Origin: Gammaproteobacteria bacterium UBA5078
GTDB lineage: Bacteria > Pseudomonadota > Gammaproteobacteria > Pseudomonadales > Pseudohongiellaceae
DNA length: 64,000 bases
Direction of reading: 5' to 3'
Assembly (NCBI GenBank): GCA_002416505.1
Contig: DIAM01000004.1
Location: 253,649 to 317,648 of the forward strand
A program made the position numbers and the translations under genes. The notes below the pieces were generated by a model. It was not told the DNA's origin, made no database searches, and worked only from the letters and a program-made list of their open reading frames with translations. Below, piece after piece: positions 60,244 to 64,000 of the stretch. The number at the start of each line of letters is the position of its first letter. Position 1 is the stretch's first letter.

Positions 60244-61437
60244 ATGCCACTGCTTCGAAAACTCCACCTGTATTCCGGATTGATTCTGTCACTGGCGCTG
60301 GTGCTGCTCGCGCTCTCCGGCGTCGCACTGCTGTACAAAAACGAATACTGGGCCCTGCGCTACCAGCAGATTGACGAGCAGGATGTGGTGCCCGAAGCTG
60401 CCAATTTGGCCACAGCCATCGAACGAGCCTACCAGCACTACGGTGCACGTTTGGGCAGCCTGAAAATGCCCGAACCTGACCTGGCCGCTTACCATGTCTA
60501 TCTGCCGGATCACGAAGAAGCACTACTGGACATCAACAATCACGGCATCATTGACGAATGGCAGCCCAGCCAGCGACTGATGGGACTACTATTCGATATC
60601 CATGCTCATCTGATGGCCGGCGATCGCGGCGAAATTGTCGTCGGTATCATCGGTCTGATTGCCGGACTCATGGCCATCTCCGGCCTTATTCTGTGGTGGC
60701 CCACACGAAAAACTTTCAGCTGGAAGCGCCTGTGGCCCAAGGATCTGAGCCGTCGCAGCCTGCTGTCCTGGCACCGCGATGCCGGCATGGTGCTCAGCCC
60801 CTTGTTGCTACTATTCATGCTCAGCGGCAGCGCCATGGTCTTTTACACCAGCGTGCAAAAAGGCTTGAACGCGCTGTTTGGCGATCCGGTGCCTCAGATT
60901 GTGCTGCCGTCAGGAACCGCAGTCGACGTCGAGTCGCTGCTGTTGCCGTTATCTACCGGCGCCTCGGCCCAAACTGCTGAACGCACACTCCGGTTTTCTA
61001 CGGCCGCCCTGCCACTGCCTGACGCAGATACCCTGGCACGAGTGCAGCAGGCTCTGCATGGTGCACGGCTGACCTTCTACTACGCCGACGCCCTGCCGCA
61101 AGGATTCCATCGCTTCCGCCTGAAGCGCGACTGCGAGCTGCACCCCAACGGCCTGAGTTTTGTCTACACCGATGCCCACAATGGCGATATTGTTCATGTC
61201 AAGGACGCCTGCGCCATGCCCACCGGTGAGCGCATCACCAATATGATCTACCCGCTGCACGCTGCCAAAACGGGCGGTGAACTCTACCGGGTGCTGGCGT
61301 TGATGACTGCGCTGGTGCTCGCCGGCCTATCAGTGACAGGGGTGGTGACCTATGTGCAACAATTGCGTCGTCAGCGTCAGCGCCAGATCATGCTGGAACA
61401 GAAGTCCCTGGCCGAATCGATTGGCGATCGGAGATAG
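60244..61437 (+). CDS. PepSY-associated TM-helix protein (PiuB/FoxB-like)
   Basis: LRKLHLYSGLILSLALVLLALSGVALLY, FDIHAHLMAGDRGEIVVGIIGL, IYPLHAAKTGG, four TM segments. It is divergent from the TonB-dependent receptor. Confidence 0.8.
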   Translation: MPLLRKLHLYSGLILSLALVLLALSGVALLYKNEYWALRYQQIDEQDVVPEAANLATAIERAYQHYGARLGSLKMPEPDLAAYHVYLPDHEEALLDINNHGIIDEWQPSQRLMGLLFDIHAHLMAGDRGEIVVGIIGLIAGLMAISGLILWWPTRKTFSWKRLWPKDLSRRSLLSWHRDAGMVLSPLLLLFMLSGSAMVFYTSVQKGLNALFGDPVPQIVLPSGTAVDVESLLLPLSTGASAQTAERTLRFSTAALPLPDADTLARVQQALHGARLTFYYADALPQGFHRFRLKRDCELHPNGLSFVYTDAHNGDIVHVKDACAMPTGERITNMIYPLHAAKTGGELYRVLALMTALVLAGLSVTGVVTYVQQLRRQRQRQIMLEQKSLAESIGDRR

Positions 61438-61676
61438 ATAAAGAGTCGGAGATGATCTACGTCAAACATTTAGTGCAAATTAAGAGCAGTGGACTTACCG
61501 AAAGAGAAGCGAGAGGTGGTTCTGGGTCATCGTAACGGCAGTATCCCATTGTCACCTCAGAACCTCCCGAACTGACTCTGACTGTAATACATGTTAACCC
61601 AGTCACTGTGTTTCGCTTTTTGCGGCTGAACGCGAGGTAAGTTCGATGAATTATATAAACAGCGAGAGCGAATAGC

Positions 61677-61697
61677 GGGAATGAAATATCCATTCCC
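61677..61697 (-). terminator. 7-bp hairpin (GGGAATG aaatatc CATTCCC) 33 nt downstream of the PQQ-dehydrogenase stop
   Basis: Read directly. The trailing U-tract is weak. Confidence 0.3.
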
Positions 61698-61729
61698 ACT
61701 TATTTCAGCGTCCCAGAAAGGTTGTAAAA

Positions 61730-63922
61730 TTAAGGCAAAGTCAGCGCTACTAGATGGGCAGAGGTGCCAGGAGCGCTGACGCTCATCACTAGATATTGCT
61801 TACCTTCAAACATATAGGTAATTGGCAGGCCAGTCACGGCACCAGGCATCTCAAGCTTAGCGACTATCTGACCTGTGGCCTTATCGTGTGCCCAAAGCAC
61901 AGCATCTCCGCCCACGCCCTCGCCATCAAACAGCAACGACTTGGTCAGAAGTAAACCGGAACGAGTTGGTTTTCCGGTACGCGGGATATCGACGCCTTTG
62001 AGCAGTGGGTGATTGGTAATGGACGCGGGTGTGTCACCATTTGGGATCATCCAGACGTGATCCGCTGTATCCATATTAATTGCAGTTATACGACCATATG
62101 GTGGTTTGACTAAGGGGATCCCTTCAACGGATGGGGTACGACTGCCACCGTGAATGTAACGTGCGCTGGAGACTTTCTCGTCATGAACCAGTGACAGAAC
62201 GCTTGTGGCAGTTCTGGAGGGCACATAAATCAGACCGGTCTCGGGATCATAGGCAGCCCCCTCCCAATTGGAACCACCAGTAGAGGAGGGTAGGTGCAAT
62301 GTACCCTGCGTTCCGTCCGGGCCTTCAAACAAGGAAGGTGGTGTGAACACAGACGTACTGAAACGGAATTTTGATGCAGCCTCTTTGGCCATAGCAAGAA
62401 TCTGTGGCGTAAAATCAACTAGATCGTCTTCTTGGAAGCCTTGCCGATCATATGGCGCAGGCATAGTCGGATACGGTTGGGTTAATGCTGTCCATTCACC
62501 CGGTACATCAGAGCTTGGCACTTCACGCTCTTCAATCGGAAATAAAGGTTCTCCAGTCGCACGATTGAAAGTGAACAGATGTGACTGCTTCAAAGTCTGA
62601 ATTACCGCGGGTGTGCCATCAGGTAGATCAATAACTAACGGAGCGGCAGGCGTGTCCCAGTCCCACAAATCGTGGTGAGTTGTTTGGAAATGCCAGACTT
62701 TCTTACCGGTTTTATAGTCCAGCGCTACCGTCGAGCTCGAAAACAGATTATTGCCTGGGCGAGCCCCGCCGTAGCGATCTCCGGTCGCGGATTCAACTGG
62801 CAGATAGACTAGACCAAGTTCTTCGTCAGCTGACATGGTCGACCACACACCAGCATTGCCAGTAATATCGGCGCCTGAAAGCCAAGTTTCTGAGCCTTCT
62901 TCGCCTGACTCTGGAATTGTTTTAAATGTCCAAAGCAGATCGCCTGTGGTGGCATCAAATCCCCTAATGTCACCTTTCACATTGCTTGAAGATACAGGTC
63001 GCATACCCACACTGTGGGCGGCACCAGCAATGACCACGCCATCGACAGCTAACGGCATGAATGACATGCCTATGTCGAGATCCTTTCGGTCAGCGGCGCG
63101 TCGCAGGCCCTTCTGTAGATCAACCTTGCCAAAATCACCAAAGGATTCAATTTCACGGCCAGTCGTTGCATCCAAAGCGATAAGAAAATAACCTGGCGTA
63201 ATGAGGTAAATAGTCTCCTGCCCATTGTTATCGTAATAGGTTAGGCCTTTCCCCGAACCTTTTCGCGGCGCATCATCGAATCGCTGTCCCTCATCAGGGC
63301 GCCACATCCATTCGATTTGGCCGCTCGCTGCATTTAATGCCACCACATTGCGGGTCGCTCCAGCAGTAAAAAACACGCGACCATTTATCATTAAGGGGGT
63401 TGTAACACTTATTGACTCGGGTGCTGGACCATATGGACCCATATCAAACTCCCAAGCGATTTTAAGATCATTCACGTTATCGGCATTGATTTGATCCAGT
63501 GGAGCATATCGTGTTCCGTGAAGATCGCCATTGTAACTCGTCCACTCGAACGCCTCTTGAGCAAAAATTGCTTCGTCTTCTGGAACGATAGGCAATGAGG
63601 TCAATGCTTCGACACTGATCGCGCCATTGGCGATAGGAACGTTGCCGGACTTCAGAACAAAGGAAGTTACATCCAAATATTCATCATTGGTCAGAGACCC
63701 GGGAGTCTCAGCAGGCATTGTAGTGCGAATCAAATTGTAGAGGTCCCCGCCAGTACGAGTAAGCCAACGGGCACGTAAACGCGCATCAAATTCGACCGGG
63801 ACGTGACAACGTGCACATTCAGCTTGAAATACGGCTTCACCACGCTCGACGCTGGCATCTTGCGCGCTGGCAGTTGATATGCTCAAAAGGGTGGTTAAGA
63901 CAAGCGCTATATACCTGTTCAT
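61730..63922 (-). CDS. Periplasmic PQQ-dependent dehydrogenase (Gcd/quinate-dehydrogenase clade) with an N-terminal mono-haem cytochrome c domain
   Basis: Signal peptide. CARCH at 63803-63817. Propeller start YNGDLHGTRYAPLDQINADNVNDLKIAWEF. VALDYKTGKKVWHFQTTHHDLWDWD resembles E. coli Gcd HHDLWDMD. ATG 63922 follows an AAGGAAA SD. Confidence 0.8.
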   Translation of the reverse strand: MNRYIALVLTTLLSISTASAQDASVERGEAVFQAECARCHVPVEFDARLRARWLTRTGGDLYNLIRTTMPAETPGSLTNDEYLDVTSFVLKSGNVPIANGAISVEALTSLPIVPEDEAIFAQEAFEWTSYNGDLHGTRYAPLDQINADNVNDLKIAWEFDMGPYGPAPESISVTTPLMINGRVFFTAGATRNVVALNAASGQIEWMWRPDEGQRFDDAPRKGSGKGLTYYDNNGQETIYLITPGYFLIALDATTGREIESFGDFGKVDLQKGLRRAADRKDLDIGMSFMPLAVDGVVIAGAAHSVGMRPVSSSNVKGDIRGFDATTGDLLWTFKTIPESGEEGSETWLSGADITGNAGVWSTMSADEELGLVYLPVESATGDRYGGARPGNNLFSSSTVALDYKTGKKVWHFQTTHHDLWDWDTPAAPLVIDLPDGTPAVIQTLKQSHLFTFNRATGEPLFPIEEREVPSSDVPGEWTALTQPYPTMPAPYDRQGFQEDDLVDFTPQILAMAKEAASKFRFSTSVFTPPSLFEGPDGTQGTLHLPSSTGGSNWEGAAYDPETGLIYVPSRTATSVLSLVHDEKVSSARYIHGGSRTPSVEGIPLVKPPYGRITAINMDTADHVWMIPNGDTPASITNHPLLKGVDIPRTGKPTRSGLLLTKSLLFDGEGVGGDAVLWAHDKATGQIVAKLEMPGAVTGLPITYMFEGKQYLVMSVSAPGTSAHLVALTLP

Positions 63923-64000
63923 ACAAATTTTCCTTACCAATTATTTCTTGAAAATTACAACTTGGCACTTGCGCGTACTGTGCTGTATTCATCGCCTCAC

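Noticed and set aside
61457-61699. 80-aa minus-strand ORF between the PepSY gene and the PQQ dehydrogenase.
   Set aside because: It has no SD and no motif, lies in AT-rich spacer DNA, and overlaps the candidate terminator hairpin. It is probably non-coding.
57951-63922. The idea that the TonB receptor + PepSY + PQQ dehydrogenase form a lanthanide uptake/utilisation (lut/xox-like) cluster.
   Set aside because: The dehydrogenase has Gcd-clade motifs rather than XoxF/ExaF-type ones. The PepSY protein is the four-TM PiuB/FoxB type, not a soluble lanthanide-binding PepSY. No ABC transporter or lanmodulin-like gene is present, and the receptor pair appears to be a separate acquisition.

Overview
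This is a 64-kb chromosomal segment from a moderate-GC gammaproteobacterium. The assignment rests on synteny: coaBC-algC-argB-slmA / pyrE-rph / yicC, and gmk-rpoZ-spoT-ridA-recG. Positions 1-25,300 are almost entirely core housekeeping genes, including hrpB, ubiA, gcdH, uvrD and arfB. Positions 25,310-32,682 hold a tightly coupled nine-gene Mrp-like cation/proton antiporter operon in the non-canonical order E-F-G-B-C-D-D-x-D, with an OmpR/EnvZ-type two-component pair next to it. Positions 35,300-53,700 are a mosaic of small metabolic, detoxification, efflux and regulatory genes (GSTs, LysE exporters, SDR, GNAT, methyltransferases, M32 carboxypeptidase, rlmA, yaaA, RpiR, CNNM, membrane AraC). 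One frameshifted gene remnant lies in this stretch. The last 10 kb look accessory and are the most interesting part. They contain a secreted haem-c :: PHM/DBH-like copper monooxygenase fusion with a Cys-free, Met-rich secreted partner. They also contain a 1.4-kb AT-rich, almost non-coding gap with iteron-like direct repeats, and a compositionally distinct TonB-dependent receptor/PepSY pair. The window ends with a Gcd-type PQQ dehydrogenase that carries an N-terminal cytochrome c domain. I recognised no rRNA, tRNA, CRISPR array, transposase, integrase or known defence system. All family calls come from motif recognition by eye and no searches were run.
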